This document shows positions 8,871-21,880 of a DNA stretch of 62,000 bases, one piece after another (positions within the stretch are counted from its first letter, which is position 1; every line of letters starts with the position of its first letter). The stretch lies in assembly GCA_013239625.1 (NCBI GenBank), contig MU053881.1, positions 2,976,001-3,038,000 of the forward strand, read 5' to 3'. The stretch is from Lama guanicoe. Its lineage: Eukaryota. The notes beneath the pieces were generated by a model that saw only the letters and a program-made list of their open reading frames with translations, was not told the origin of the DNA and ran no database searches. A program made the translations under genes and the position numbers.

Positions 8871-11800
8871 ACACCCAGCGATCCTCCCTGCAGCCACCTA
8901 TGCTGGCCACAGCTCTTAGGAACGCAAGCTTGCTGCTTCAATATTATTAGGGGGCAGTGCGGGTCAGGGGAGGGCTTTTTAAGGCAGAACTCCAAGGTCG
9001 CCTGCCCGGGAAAACCCTCCTTGATTCCTCCAGGCGGAACTGGTTACACTCTCTTCAGATCTCCCACCACCCCTAGGCACACCCCTGTTTCAGAGGCCTC
9101 TGTTGCTCCTCTGTTTGCAAACCTCTGGCCTGTGAGCTCCTACGACAGGACCACTGTCGGGTCATCTTTGCAGCCCCTCAGCGTGCTGTCCTGCCACACG
9201 AACACTCAGAAAACACTGATGGATCATGTGGGTAAGGCCCCCATAAAGGGTAAAGAATCTTCCCCGCAGACCCAGAGGGAGAAGACTTGCAAAATTGCAG
9301 TGGACCTTGGGCAGGTCACTTGCCAGTCCATTCTAGATCTGATATGCTGTGAAGAATTAGGAATCTTTTGCAAACTTTATCCTAAAAGGCCATTTTCTAG
9401 AATGCTCTCCTTTGCCCAGGGAAGAAAAGGCATGACCAAGAGACAGGACAACATATGTCCCTATCCCCATCCTTTCCCCCTTTCCTCACACTCATTTTTC
9501 CTTTTATTACTCACTCCTAATGAGCCTCTCCATTCTGCTTGCCATCTTTTGGCCCTAAAATGCTTCCTTTAATCCATCTTGATGTGTAGGAAAATGGCTT
9601 CAGAGAGGAGGGGCCTTGCACCAAGCCTCTGAAAGATTTGCAGGAGTTTATGCATCAATCAGGGTTATGTCAGAGTGGAGATGACTCCTGCTTCTGTAAG
9701 GGGATGGCTTCCTTCCAAGAAGGGAGCAGCAAGAGCTGCAGAAGGACAGAATCTGGGAGAGGAAGGAGGCGTGATTTCATTCTAAAAAGGGGGGACTATT
9801 CCTTTACACATGTTCACAGCAGAGGCCTTAAAATGGGGACCCCCCCATATCAGAAGCTATTGGTGGACCCACCTTCCTCACCTGGAGAGTCATCTTCTGA
9901 AGCTTATCTCTGGTTTCCCCTTACAGGCTGTGGGGCTGCGTATAGTGAAGTCCCTTCCTTTACGGCTGAGTTTTCTGTTTCATTCTGGGTTGACCCATTA
10001 GCAGGCTCACTTTCAATTTTTCTTCCCTTTCCAGAGGCAGACACTAATGGAGGGGGCGCAGGGTTGGGGGAGGTGCTTTTGAGTAGAGTGACTTAGACCT
10101 ACCCCTAATGCTGGAGGGAAGATCTGGGAAGGGAGATCTGACAGCCTGTCATTTCAAGAGTCCTAGTCCTCCTGTCTCCTCCTCCCTCCTTTCCTGTTCT
10201 CCTAGAACAGAAGCTTAGTGAATGGGACCTGGCTGGCAGGACTCTCATTACCACTGGGGTTTTTCCACAATGGGCATTGCCTTTGACGTGGACTTTGACT
10301 AAGCTGGGCTAAAAATCCAACTTAGCCTTTAGAATAGTACTCAGCTTAGTTCCGGACACAGCACTCTAAGATGGGCTGTAGTAGGTTTGAGTATGGTTGG
10401 AAAAGAAGGGAGTGGTTCGGTGGTGGGGGTCTGGAAATCCAGTCAAATGAGGGAAGGTTGCAGGATTTGAGCATGTTTTACCTGGAGGAGAGAATGCTGA
10501 AGAGTGATTAGCCCTTGAAAGATGGACAAGTCTTGCTCAATTTGTAATTCCAGCACTTAGCACAGTGCCTAGCAAAGCAGGGGCTAAAGAGTGCTTGTTG
10601 AATGAATAAATTACCATTGCAGGGAAAGAGGAATACTATCGTTTTTGCTGGTGCTCAAGACAGAACTGGGGCAATGGGGGAAAGGTAAAGGAAGGCAGAC
10701 AGAGCTCTAAGAGGAAAACATTTCTACCAATTGCAGCTGCCCAGCCATAGTATGGACTGCTCATGTGAGGGGGTTAGTTCCCCATCCCTGGAAGATGGCA
10801 ATTGGGTGGCAGGTGACAGATAAAGTCCCCTTAGATCTTCAGCTCCTATGAGCCTATTAAAAACTGCATGAGCTGACATAGGTCATATCAAGCTGCAGAA
10901 AATTTTACTGGTGAATTAAAGGACAGCTCAGCCAAGTTTTGGTGGCTTCATCCTTTGAAAGATTGGGGGCAAATCATGCCACTTTAGCCACTGATGCTTC
11001 CTGTCAAAAGAAGATGGTAGAGAGAGGAGTACTTGATCCTGTTCAGTGTTACCAGCCTGGACATGGTTTCCAAATACTCTTTTATAACTGTGGAAATGCC
11101 ACTAAATATTGTAAGCTTTTCTTAATGATCATAATATAACTAATCCTACAACCATCGGACCCCCATTATGTTTCAGGAGCTCACTTTGGTGCTTTGCATA
11201 AATCCCATTTTCTCCTGTAATTCACATAAACCCCTATTCTCAAGATGAGGAGGGCAAGGCCCATGGAGATACAGTGAGTCTTTGGAGCCAGGATTCCAGC
11301 CCATGCCTGCCTGACACTGAGCTCCGGGGTCTTTCCACCAGGCTGGGCTGCTTCTCTTCTGACACATCCCACAGCCTATGGAAATGTAACTTTTGCTCTG
11401 CCGATATATATATATTTTACATTGACATTTATCATCTTCCCTGTTCTCCAGCTTCGCACTTTAAAAAAAAACCTGCCATGAATTCACACTCAGATTGGGG
11501 TCTTCATGTCATCCTTCATCTCCTGCATCTCTAATCCAGTCTGCTGCAAGTCCCTGCCCCCCACTCCAGCCTCGGTCCTTGCAGAGCCCGCTCTGTAGAC
11601 AGCTTCTAAGAGTCACCTGGAGAAATACAAATGTGGCTCAGCTTAAGGTGTCTTAGCCTGGCTGGTACTGAATTTCCACTTTTATTTATGAGCCCTGTGG
11701 GCTGGGGCAGGGGGCCAGATTTGAACAGATTTTTAAAATGATGTGTACATGCCTTGAATGCTCACTGAGAAGCCAATCAAGAGAGCTAATGTCAGTACTC

Positions 11801-13844
11801 TGTGTGAGGACTGAGGAACAGTGTGTGAGGGATGACAACTGTCGCAGACTATAAATGTGATCAGTGAGAATGGCGCTCGTCCAAAGGTCAGCTCATTTCT
11901 TCCCCGCCGCTGCCTCAGTCCAAAGGGCACTCTGGATGCCATGCGAGAGATGAGGAAGAGCTTGCTGGCTGGGGCTGATCTCACCTAGGAGGTAAGCTGG
12001 TTGCTGCAGGGAGACATCTGAATGCCCCTGATGCTGACTTCACAACCTGTCATTCTAACTTGAGCCTGGAGGGGCAGAGTTGGTCTTGCTTTGAGGGGCT
12101 GGCCATGTGGCAGAGGCAGAAACAGAACGATGAGGTTGGTGAACAGGGAATGGCTAATGGCTAGGGTGCCATCACTGTCAGGTTGTGAGGTCAGGATCCC
12201 AGTCTGCCTCCTTCAACACGGAGTGACGTGGTGTGAAGGTAAACCCATTGGTGTGCAAAGGTGCACTTGTGTGTGTGCCCACCTCCGGGGACCGTGCAGG
12301 TGAGAGCGGGCAGCCTCCGTGTGGAGGGATACAGATGCTAGTAGGGCAGGTGTGGGTCTGTCACTATGAGACTTTCAGAGTATGGTGGTGTATCCGTCCT
12401 GATTTGAAGTGACTCTGGTGTGACAGTGTTATCAGGTGTAGAGCTAAGTAAGTGGTTTTACAGTGGAATATGTCAACAGCATAGTGTGATGGTGTGGGTG
12501 AAGGCACGGGCACCACACACAGCTATTTAGCTTGTGCAGTGCACAGCCACAGTGGTTGTGCATAGACCGTGCCAGATGCGAAGGTTCTGGGGACATGTCA
12601 CCATTTCTGTGTAATGGTTTATGTCCTGAACGTTGCTGTCTGTGGGAGATGACACAGGTGATAGTGTGTCGCCATTAGTATGAGATGGTGCCACCATTGG
12701 TGGCAAGGGTGCAGGTGTAAGTGGGTCACAATGAGCTGGCACATGTGTCACTGTCATTGTGTGGGCCAGGAGGCGTTTGTATGTGCAGCCAGGAGGGTGT
12801 CATCATCACTGTACAGACATATAGGCTAAATGTGTCACCAAGAGTGACTGATCCTTTCTCTTCCGTTCTCCCTGCCAGCAGAGAAGCCCTTGGTAACCCA
12901 ACCTGGCAGCTCCTGCCCCACCTGGGAAGCTGCAGAAACCTTTGGATCCTCCATTCTCCACTTTTGTTTCTCAGAAAGAGGGTCCCAGGTTTCCCTTCTG
13001 AATCCTGACTCACTGGTGGTGCAGGGGGTATGTGTGGGAACCCCTTGAGGAGACCCTCTCTATTCCAGAGCCTGCCCCCAACTCAGAGCCCCTTCCCACA
13101 GCCCAGCATTTGCCCACCAGCTCCTGAGACGTCCTCTGCTCCCCTTCAGCCCATTTCCACCCTCCCAGATCCAGGCTCTCATTAGCATGTCAAGGCAGTC
13201 CTCTTTCAGCCCACACGTTGTACCCTGGGATATCCCCACACAGTCAGCTCCCTCTCATCCTGAGGTTCCCTGAAACCTCACATTTTCATGTCTGCCGCAC
13301 CAGTCTGCAGCTCCCCCACCATCCGGCACAGGCACAGGGAGGATATTTTGGTGATAAATCCTTCCTCCCTTGCCACTGGTTCTTTTTCAAGTTCTCTGCC
13401 ATGGCTTTTGCCTCCCCTCCTCCAACCTCAGCCCTTCCAGCACTCTGGGACATGGTTGGACCTCCCGGTTCATCAGGGGTTCCTCCTGACGACCCCGGAT
13501 ACTTGTGGCACCATAGAGCCAGCCAGTGCACCCTGTCACGCCTCTTCATTTGAGTCCTAGCACTGGGCTTGCTCAGACACAATCGGTTCAGCATCACCGT
13601 TTGCTCTGTGCCTTCAGGAGTTCCCCCTTCCAGAATGTCCCTCCACCCTCATGACACTTGGTCCCTTTTTCCTTCCCCCATGTGAAATCCGTGCTCAGAA
13701 GGACAGTCTTTACACCTTAGAATCTCGTCCTTAGGCACACAGAAACAGAACAAGAGTTCCAGAATACTGGACTCATATGCAAAAGGTCATTTTAGAATCA
13801 CATTTGGAATCACAGAATCTAGAATGACAGGCTCTCTAAACACT

Positions 13845-14035
13845 GTTGTCCAAGAGCGGCCCCCTCCTACTGAGATCCCCTGGGGTGAGGGGACCTGTTA
13901 AAAACACTGCAGATTCTTGGGGAACATTTCTCACGTGGGCTGAACCAAAAATCTTGGAGCTGGGAGCCCAAGGATTTGCACAGGTCACCGAGACCCCAGG
14001 TGTTTTGGGTACACCCACTAGTTGAAAAACCCTTG
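13845..14035. mobile_element. MER5-like hAT-Charlie MITE
   Basis: CTGTTAAAAACACTGCAGATTCTTGGGG...CCCAAGGATTTGCA...CCCCAGGTG...GTTGAAAAACC. Confidence 0.55.
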
Positions 14036-16595
14036 CCTTGGGTCAAGAGAATCGGAGAATCATATGATCCTGAGTCTTAGTCTTATAGGAAAAAAATATT
14101 GAATCATGGAACCATAGGCTATTTTAGGATTAATAGAGGCTTAGATTCAACAAAGTACACACATTCATGCACAGCTTTAAAATCTTAAATCTATGAATCT
14201 TAACGTCTAGAATTGTGGAGCTGGAAGTGATCCTGCAGTGTGATTTTGTTCCTGTTCCAGGAGGAATTTTTCCTTTTCAGCCTTGCCACTCCTTTTCCCC
14301 CTGTCTCTTGCAGAGCTGCCTCCTCAATCTTGCCTGTATTTGTGAAGATAAATGTTCTCTCCATACTGGTGCAAAGGCCACTGGTGGAACCCCTTCATTT
14401 ACAGAGCGAGTGAGCTGGAGATGACTTCTGCTTTCCATTTAGGACTGGCACACCCTGGCCCATAAGGCAGATTTTCCTCTTTGATAAAATGAATCTGAGG
14501 GGACATTATTGCTGTTGTAATAAAGCAGGCATAGCCGAGGAACAGGGACAACATTAATAAGCTCATGGAGCTTCATGTCCAGGAGATGAATCACGCATAA
14601 AAACTCAGCACTGAAAAGGTACTTTTCTGGTCATCTGACCCAGTGTCTTCAGTTTACAGTTGGAGAAACAGAGGTCCAGAAAGGGAAGGAACTTTCTCAA
14701 TGCCACACAGCAAGTTAATGAAACTCTTAATTCCTAAAGTATTGAGTCCCAGCTGTGACTCAGTATTACAGCTCTACACTTCTTAAAACCCTCCAGCAAG
14801 CAAAGCACCATTCTAGGGGTGATACAGACGTCAGCCCTTTCAGCTCATGACAACCCTATGTGGTAAGTTTTTTTTCACTCACTTATTCATTTATCAAACA
14901 TGTATGGAGGCTCTGAGACTCACCAGGTACTCTCCTAGGCAATAATGTATAAGAACTTTTGGCATTTCTCTTTCCTCTCCTTATTCCACGGTGAGAGATG
15001 CAAATACTCCACAGAGAGAAAACACACGGACCAATTCACACGCTCAAGATCCTTTCAGATCAGAGCCTCTGATGTGAAGCACTCAGGAGCGAGCCCACTG
15101 ACAGTCAACGATAATACAGCACGCTAAGTGCTGTCCTAGTGAAGAGGCAGCTCCGAGGAGGAGAACCAAAAACACACAGCTTTCAGGGCAGATGGGATTG
15201 GAAGCCCAAAGCAGTGGGGGTGGACAGGGTGGCTGGCTCCGGGGCTGTCCGAGTCAGCTCAGAGGCACCATGGAGGACAGAGTGATGGACTCTGGTCACG
15301 TAGAGACACGAGTGAAATCTCAGCAGCTCTCGGCCCCTTCCAGATAGTGTGGCGTCTCTCTGAGACTCAGTTTCCTCCTCAGTGAAATGGGGGAATGATC
15401 CCCACCTCCGAGGGCGATTGTGAGGCAGAATTAAAACAGTGTTTGGGAAACAGCTGCACAGTTTAAGCAAGTGTTAATCCTCTTTCTTTTTGACAGCCGA
15501 GCAAGGCAGGATTTCTGGAGTTTGGGGCAATGCAACCATTAAACAAAGCCTCCTTTTATGATCTCTTGGTCAGAGAACTCTGCCTCATGAGTCCCCTGAG
15601 TTTAAGTTGGAGTGGGAAGAAAGACTTTGAAGCTTAGAGGAAAATGAGAGAGTTGTTTCCTCTACTTCTTTACCTCCTCCGTTCTTTTCCAACTCATAAC
15701 GACCAGGAGTATCATGTCCCTAAATGGGAATTCCCTGAATGACGTCCAGAGGGGGCTTAGAGTTCAAGCTCAAGGACAGGAGGAATTTTCCACCCGCAAA
15801 TCTAAAAATGACTGCTCTGGGCCACTCCATCTCCAGTTGTTTTTTTCTGGCAGAAGAACAGAATGAAATAAAACCACCTGTCATTTGGCAAACAAACAAG
15901 GGGTTGGAGAGGTCTTGGGAAGACGAAGCCAGCAAAAAGCTGAAAGGGTTGACAAGGAAGGAATTTTCATGTACTGAGTCTCTCACTGTGGTATGTGATT
16001 GAATCCCCACCCCAGTGCCTCTGTTACCTCAAATGTCCTCACCTTTACTTTATATTCAGATCACGATACTCATACTCAGAGAGGTTAAGCACCTTGTTCA
16101 GAGTAACACAGCTGAGAGGTGGCGGCATCAGCAGTACTGGAACTTGGTATGTCTCTCCAGGGGGCCACATTTTCAGAGGGGAACTAGGTGGCTTTCTGGC
16201 AGCCAAGCCGGGGTCTGCAGGGCAACTGGTCCAAAGTGTGAGTGACCCTGTCAGGGCACCTCTATGGGGACCTTGTCATAAGCTGGTCCTTAATGGGGCT
16301 GAGTGTTCCAAGTCTGAAGGTGATCAAAAGTGATGGGGGCTGTAGGTCAGGGCCCTGGAATTCTGCCCTAAGAATTTAAAGCTAAAAAAAAAACAAACAA
16401 AAACCCTCTGTGGCTGTCCTTTGCTCACTTCTGCTCAGTTCAGCTCAGCCTGGCTCTTAACACCAGCCATCTAACCATTGCTCCTGCCTCTGCTCTTGCC
16501 TTCAGATTGACTTTCTAACTGGCTTCCAGATCCGTAGGAGAATCATAGCTTTCTAAAACATGGGCCTGATTGCATCATCCCCCTCCTTAAAACAC

Positions 16596-17138
16596 ATGGT
16601 GGTCACAGCTTATTTTGCCACCTAGCACCCACTCCTCCCTCGCGTGGCATCAGCTTTGGAGGAGCCAACCTGTGTATTTCACTTGGAGCCACGGATGGAT
16701 CACGTGACCTGGGCTAAGCCAATCAGCGCGTAGGTCTCCCCGGCCCCTCCAGATCAGTGCAGGGATAGTCACACGACCGAAATCGGACCAGTCCGGGCCA
16801 GAGACACTCACCTCTGGGACTTCTGCTTGAGCTAAGGGAAATGGACTCTCTTTTAAGCTTTACTGAGGTATGAATTGGGCTTCTCGGGAGTTAACCACAT
16901 GGAGCCTCAGAATGGGGGTCAGCTCAGAGCAGGTAGAGCCAAGAAAAGGAGAGGGAGAAACTCTAGCCTGGTAACATTGTTTCCACCTTGGATCAAGCTG
17001 TGCCTACAGCTCCCCCGGGTCTTGTCGTTTTTTATGAGCCAATAACCGCCCCTTCCTTTTCGTTCTCCTTAAAGCCGCTTTAAGTGGCTTTAGTTTTTTT
17101 TTCTTTTCCTTGCAACCAAAAGATTCCTAACTGACACA
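16596..17138 (+). mobile_element. MaLR (MLT1-type) solo LTR
   Basis: CACGTGACC...AGCCAATCAG motif, GGATCAAGCTGTGCCT, AATAA and the characteristic end TTGCAACCAAAAGATTCCTAACTGACACA. Confidence 0.7.
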
Positions 17139-18854
17139 AAAATCCTTTAGTGTCTTCTGGTTGCCTTCAGGAGAAGGTACAAATCCTTTAAATTGGCCCT
17201 TAAGGCCGTGCATGATCTGAACCACGCTCTCCTATTCCATTAATAGCCACCTATGCTCCCTGGATACGCTGCCACCTGGCGTGTCTGTGCCTTTGCCCAC
17301 GCCGTTTGTTCCCAGAGGGGCCTTGTCTGCTCCGTTCAGTTGGCATACTTTTATTTGACCATCATGGCTCAGCTGGAGCAGAGAGGAGCCCCCCTGGGAA
17401 GCAAGGCTGAGTCAGGGCTGTCCTGTGTACTGCCACATGGACCGCTTCATTGCAGCATCCCCGAAACGAAACTTTGCACTTGGAGTTGGTTTTCTCGTCT
17501 GACTTTCTCCCTAGATTTTGCACTCTTTGGGGAGGAGGGGGTCATTGAGCCTGAGGGATTCATTCACTCAGCAAATATGGACTGAGTGTCTACTACAGGC
17601 TGGGGCCTCCTCTAGGTCCTGGGGACACAACAGAGAGAAAAATAACTCTACAAATTCCCATCTTGTCTGATGGGGAAGCAGATGCTGCTCGAGTAAACAC
17701 ACACGTGGGCCCAATCATTTCAGAAGGTGGTGGGGCTGTGGTGTAGTAAGACCTGGGGAAGCTTGCTCCTGCCTCTGGGCTGAGCCTAGAGAAGGTCCAG
17801 GCTCAAGGCAGACCCTCAGGAAGTGTCTTTTCCATGAATGAACAGGGAACATCCCCAGACACCCTGGTGCCCCTCAGCCTTCCTTTGTGACTATCACTCA
17901 AAACGCTACCAGAACCTCTTTGTTAGTGATTTAGTCCCCATTTCCAACCTGCACCCCCTCCTGGGGAGGCAGAGTCACAGTTACGTAAATGATATTTGTA
18001 TATGTGTGAGACGCTTACCTTTGCCGATGGAAGCTGAACAAAGCAAGACTCTCTTTGACTTCCCGGTGCGGCTCCATCCCTGTCTCGGTCCAGCCTCAAG
18101 AAGCGGTGTGCTCCTCTGCCCGACTTTGATCCAGGCTCTGCCTGGCCTTCATCTTCCCAGTCCTCACTCTTCCATCTCCCTCCCCGGGCCTGTTGCCAGC
18201 CCTTTGATCATCTCTGTGACTCTCCTCTGGGCTTTATCTGGCTCCATTAAGACGATGACACTTCTTCCTGCTTGTGTCACTCCCATGCTCAAAGGCCTTC
18301 AATGACTCACTATGGCCGACAGCGTCAAGTCCATACCTGCGAGGGCCCCCCTTGCTCTGCCTTCTGCCTCCTTTGCCAGCCTGTTTACCATGATTCGTCT
18401 CCTATGCGGTGCTCCCCGCTGTAGCGCCCTCAACATCGCTAATCTTCATTTTCTTCCTCTATTAATTTAGGCATCCTTGGCTGTCTCCTCCCACTGGGAT
18501 TGTAAGCTGTTTGAGAGCAAGGACTGTGTCTTCCTCATTCCTGAATCCCCAGCATCAAACCCGAGGACTTCCTCATTGTGAACGTCCAACAACTATTTCC
18601 AGAGGTAAAATCTGTGCATGGCATTGCCCTGCCCCCTGGGGGTTGAAATGGCTTGTCCTTGGCACATGGGCTGTCAGGGCCCCATCGCAGGTGGGGGGAC
18701 TTGCATACCTCAGCTCCTTGCTGGGCCACAGGTGACAATAATAGTGCGGGCAGTCTCATTTTAATCTTGTGCTTGCCCCCTTTTTGCATTTCTTAGTCCA
18801 AACCCCAAACCCCAAGAGTCCCTTCCACACTTCGGCCCCATCACTATGGTATTT

Positions 18855-19435
18855 TGTCATGGGGATGTTTTTGGTGTTGTTTGCTATGGTGACACACATT
18901 TTGGCCTGTTTGGTGTCTCTTTGGCATCTTGTTTCCCCCCAATTTAGGCCTTATGGTCTGGGTGGGGCTGACTCCATGCCCCACTTCCATGGGTGGGTGG
19001 GCATTAGACTCCCAGCCAGCCAATCAGCACACTGTTAGCTCTGGCCGCTGTGATTGGCTGAGGGTTGGCAAGGGATACAAACTAAGCCAATGAGAGCCAG
19101 CTCTGGGACTTTAGCTGGAACCAGTGAGAAAGAGGCTTTTTATTTCTATGGGATTTGCAAGGCTGGCAGAATGTGGGCCTGAGCAGCTGGACCTTTTTGC
19201 CACCACCTAGAGAGAGCCTGCCTGAGAGTGATGCCAACACAGAGGAGAGCAGAGCCAAGAGAAGGGAGGGAGGCAAATTCCTGATGACAGCGTTTGAGTG
19301 TCCAGATCCCGATGTGCCTTTAAGCATCATCGGCTCGTGTACTTTTCCATTATGTGACCAGTAAATGCTGTATTTCTATTTAAGTGGCTTTAATGAGGTT
19401 TCTGCCTTTGCCACCTGTGAGGGACCTGCTGACAT
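18855..19435 (+). mobile_element. MaLR (MLT1-type) solo LTR
   Basis: Shares the GCCAATCAG / GCCAATGAGA / AGCAGAGCCAAGA / GATCC motifs of the LTRs at 16.6, 23.5, 49.0 and 53.0 kb. Confidence 0.65.
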
Positions 19436-19449
19436 CTGTGACATTGGGG

Positions 19450-20480
19450 CTATATGGCTCCCCTTCAGTGAACTTCTAACCACACAGGCTCTGGGCTGAA
19501 AGGACCCTCTGCTTAATACTGTCACATTCCAAGAAGGAGCTGATCATCCTGGTCCCAGTTTTCTGTCTTGATGTCTCTTCCTGTCTCTTCTCATCTGTGC
19601 AACGTGGTCCCTGTGGTCATGTTGACTTAAGTGAGAGAAAGAGCTCACATCGTGGGTCCTTGCTCAAAGCTTTGCCAAAGCTCAAACTTCATAGCCACAG
19701 ATCCCAGTTCATATATCCATACCCCCTCAAAAATGTACATATTTTTGGCCAGGAGCTCTGCAGTCTCACCCTTGAGTGGCATCCGCATTCTTGGGCTGGT
19801 GCCATTCCTTTCTGGCGATTTGTCTGCAGCTCGTTTGTCAATTGGAGTTGGAACATTTGCCCGTCAGAGCGGTGCCTCTGGCTCCCCTAATTCTAAAGAA
19901 CGATTTGGGAGCAAGACTTTCCCTGCGGTCCTCCTCAGTCAAGGCTGAGGCTGAGGCTGCCTCAGACGTTCCGGGTACCTCCTTTTCATCTCTGAGCTCT
20001 CTCCCAGAGTGGTGCTCGTCGAGCGTCTTGCCGGTCCTTTGTCTGACCTCGTTGCATTTGATGGGTTTGAAAGACCTCTGGCTCTTGGCCCCACAGTGCT
20101 TCTCAAGGTGACCTTTGGGATGTCTTTGGACTGTATCATTTCAAGGCCTCACTGCCCCGAGTAAAATTCCTGATTCTAAGTCACCAGTTTTCAAGGGTTT
20201 TCTGAAAGATGCTCTTTTCCTTGCAACAGTCCCCAGGACATCCCTCTTCAGCTTGCTGTTTGATTTTGTCTTGTTTTGTTTCTCATCATCATGGTCAGAC
20301 CACACTGGGCTATGGTTGGAGGAGGGAGGTTCTGTGCAAGGTTGATGGGGCTCATAGAAGGCTCCACCATCTCGATGCCAACACCTCAACACGTGGCTTC
20401 CAGGATGACTGTGGCGGAAAGGGAGACCTGGAATGTCACGGAGGTCCCCATGGCCCCAGCTGGGAGGTGATCTCGTGGGC
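19450..20480 (-). mobile_element. Probable MaLR LTR plus internal-region remnant (alternative: ancient RTE-type LINE)
   Basis: Minus strand has MLT1-like GGAAGCCACGTGTTGAG...GATGGTGGAGCC, followed by purine-rich, ORF-like unique sequence. Confidence 0.4.
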
Positions 20481-20911
20481 TAGCTTCTGTTTGCTTCTCC
20501 AGATCCACTCCCCCCACTCCCCACCCAGCTCTGGGCCCAGGAGGCCCATCCATATGGACCAACTGACAGGCTCTCTTTGCCCCTGGGCTTCTGGTTGGGT
20601 TTTATCATTGGGAGTTACTGGCAAGAACTGGAGGATTGGAGGCAGGTGAAGAGCAAGATGAGAGTGTCCCTCGGCTGAAAGCCACTGCTCCTGTCAAGTG
20701 GTCCTTCCCATCTATGTACCCTCTCCAGGCTTGGCGACCACTCCCTCCTTGCCCTTTGGGCTTAGAGGTGGTGGTGGCTCCCCACCAATCCTGGCCCTGG
20801 GGAGCTGCACTGTCCCTGTGGGACCTGCCTGTTCTGCCTGCGCCTTCATGAAGCTCTCCTCCAATGGCCCACAGGAAGGATTCCATGTGTCCTGCCAGAT
20901 TCTCACTGATA
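20480..20911 (+). mobile_element. ERVL LTR33-like solo LTR
   Basis: CTCCAGATCCACTC...TTGCCCCTGGGCTTCTGGTTGGGT...CCTGCCAGATTCTCACTGATA resembles the LTR33 consensus as I recall it. Confidence 0.55.
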
Positions 20912-21380
20912 ATCGACACGGCTTCTCACCACTCACTGGCCAGACCTAGTACACTTGGACTCACTGATTACTTGCCCTTGAGGAGAAAGGTAAGCAGGAT
21001 GTGGGTGTGCTCTGGCCATCCCCCCCCTCAGGCACATGGCTCCCAGTCCTTGGCATGAGCACCCTGGGATCCTGGTAAGGTCTTTCCAAATGAGTTCCCG
21101 CACGTCTTAGGGTGTACCACCTTTCTCAGCTCTTTCAAATCTTCTCTCCCAGGGCACAGCAGAATGGAGGGAGCTGTCCTGACCGTGGACTTCGGGCAAG
21201 TCAGCCTCCCTCTCGGATCCTACGTTTCCTCATTTGCAAGGTGGGGTAGTGCCTCTTTCTGCAGACATACTGCAGAGCTGAGATAGTGCATACATGGCCC
21301 TGGCCCAGGGAGGGATGCAGGAAATGACAGCGAGAATTCACCATCACACCCCTGCCTTGGAAAGATCAGCATCTATGCAC

Positions 21381-21880
21381 TCATTTAACACCGTTTCTTG
21401 AGCACCTGCTCAGGGCTGGGCACATCTCGGTGCTGGAATAGGGGTGGACAAACAGAAGAAGGTCCCTGCTTCGTGGGTTTCTGGTGGGAGTGGACAGGCA
21501 ATTAACAAGTACATGGAAAAACAGATAATTCAGAGAGTGGTGAGTGCTCTGAAGAAACAAAACTGGGTGATGTGAGGAAAAAAAGATGGGGTGGGGAGGT
21601 GTCTGGGAAAGCCTTCTGGGGATGACACTGGAGCTTGACCTGAGCGTGTAAAGATCTGGGGCAGAAGATAGAGCCCGAGATGGTGTGAAAGTGGTCTGTT
21701 CCTCGGACAGAATGGAGCCCATGTGGAGGGGAGAGTAGGGAGCGAGGGGCAGAGCAGTAGGACCCGAGGTCAGAGAGATGGGCTGTCCCAGTCTTGTGGG
21801 CCCTTGTCAGCCACACTGAGGGGCCTGGATGATACTGAACTGGGACGGCTCCACTCACTGGGAGGTTTCAAACAGCAGAT
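21381..21880 (-). mobile_element. L2 LINE 3' fragment
   Basis: TCATTTAACA...TTGAGCACCT...GGGAAAGCCTTCTGGGGATGACACTGGAGCTTGACCTGA is a typical reverse L2 3' end. Confidence 0.65.

Noticed and set aside
8520..9572. Longest ORF in the window (350 aa, plus strand, divergent from the CPLX2 promoter)
   Set aside because: It runs through the (TC)n and polypyrimidine tract, producing low-complexity S/L/P/F sequence with few possible stops, and has no recognisable domain.
15128..15280. Partial RE1-like half-sites (GCTGTCC, GGACAG)
   Set aside because: No properly spaced TCAGCACC left half-site; likely chance.
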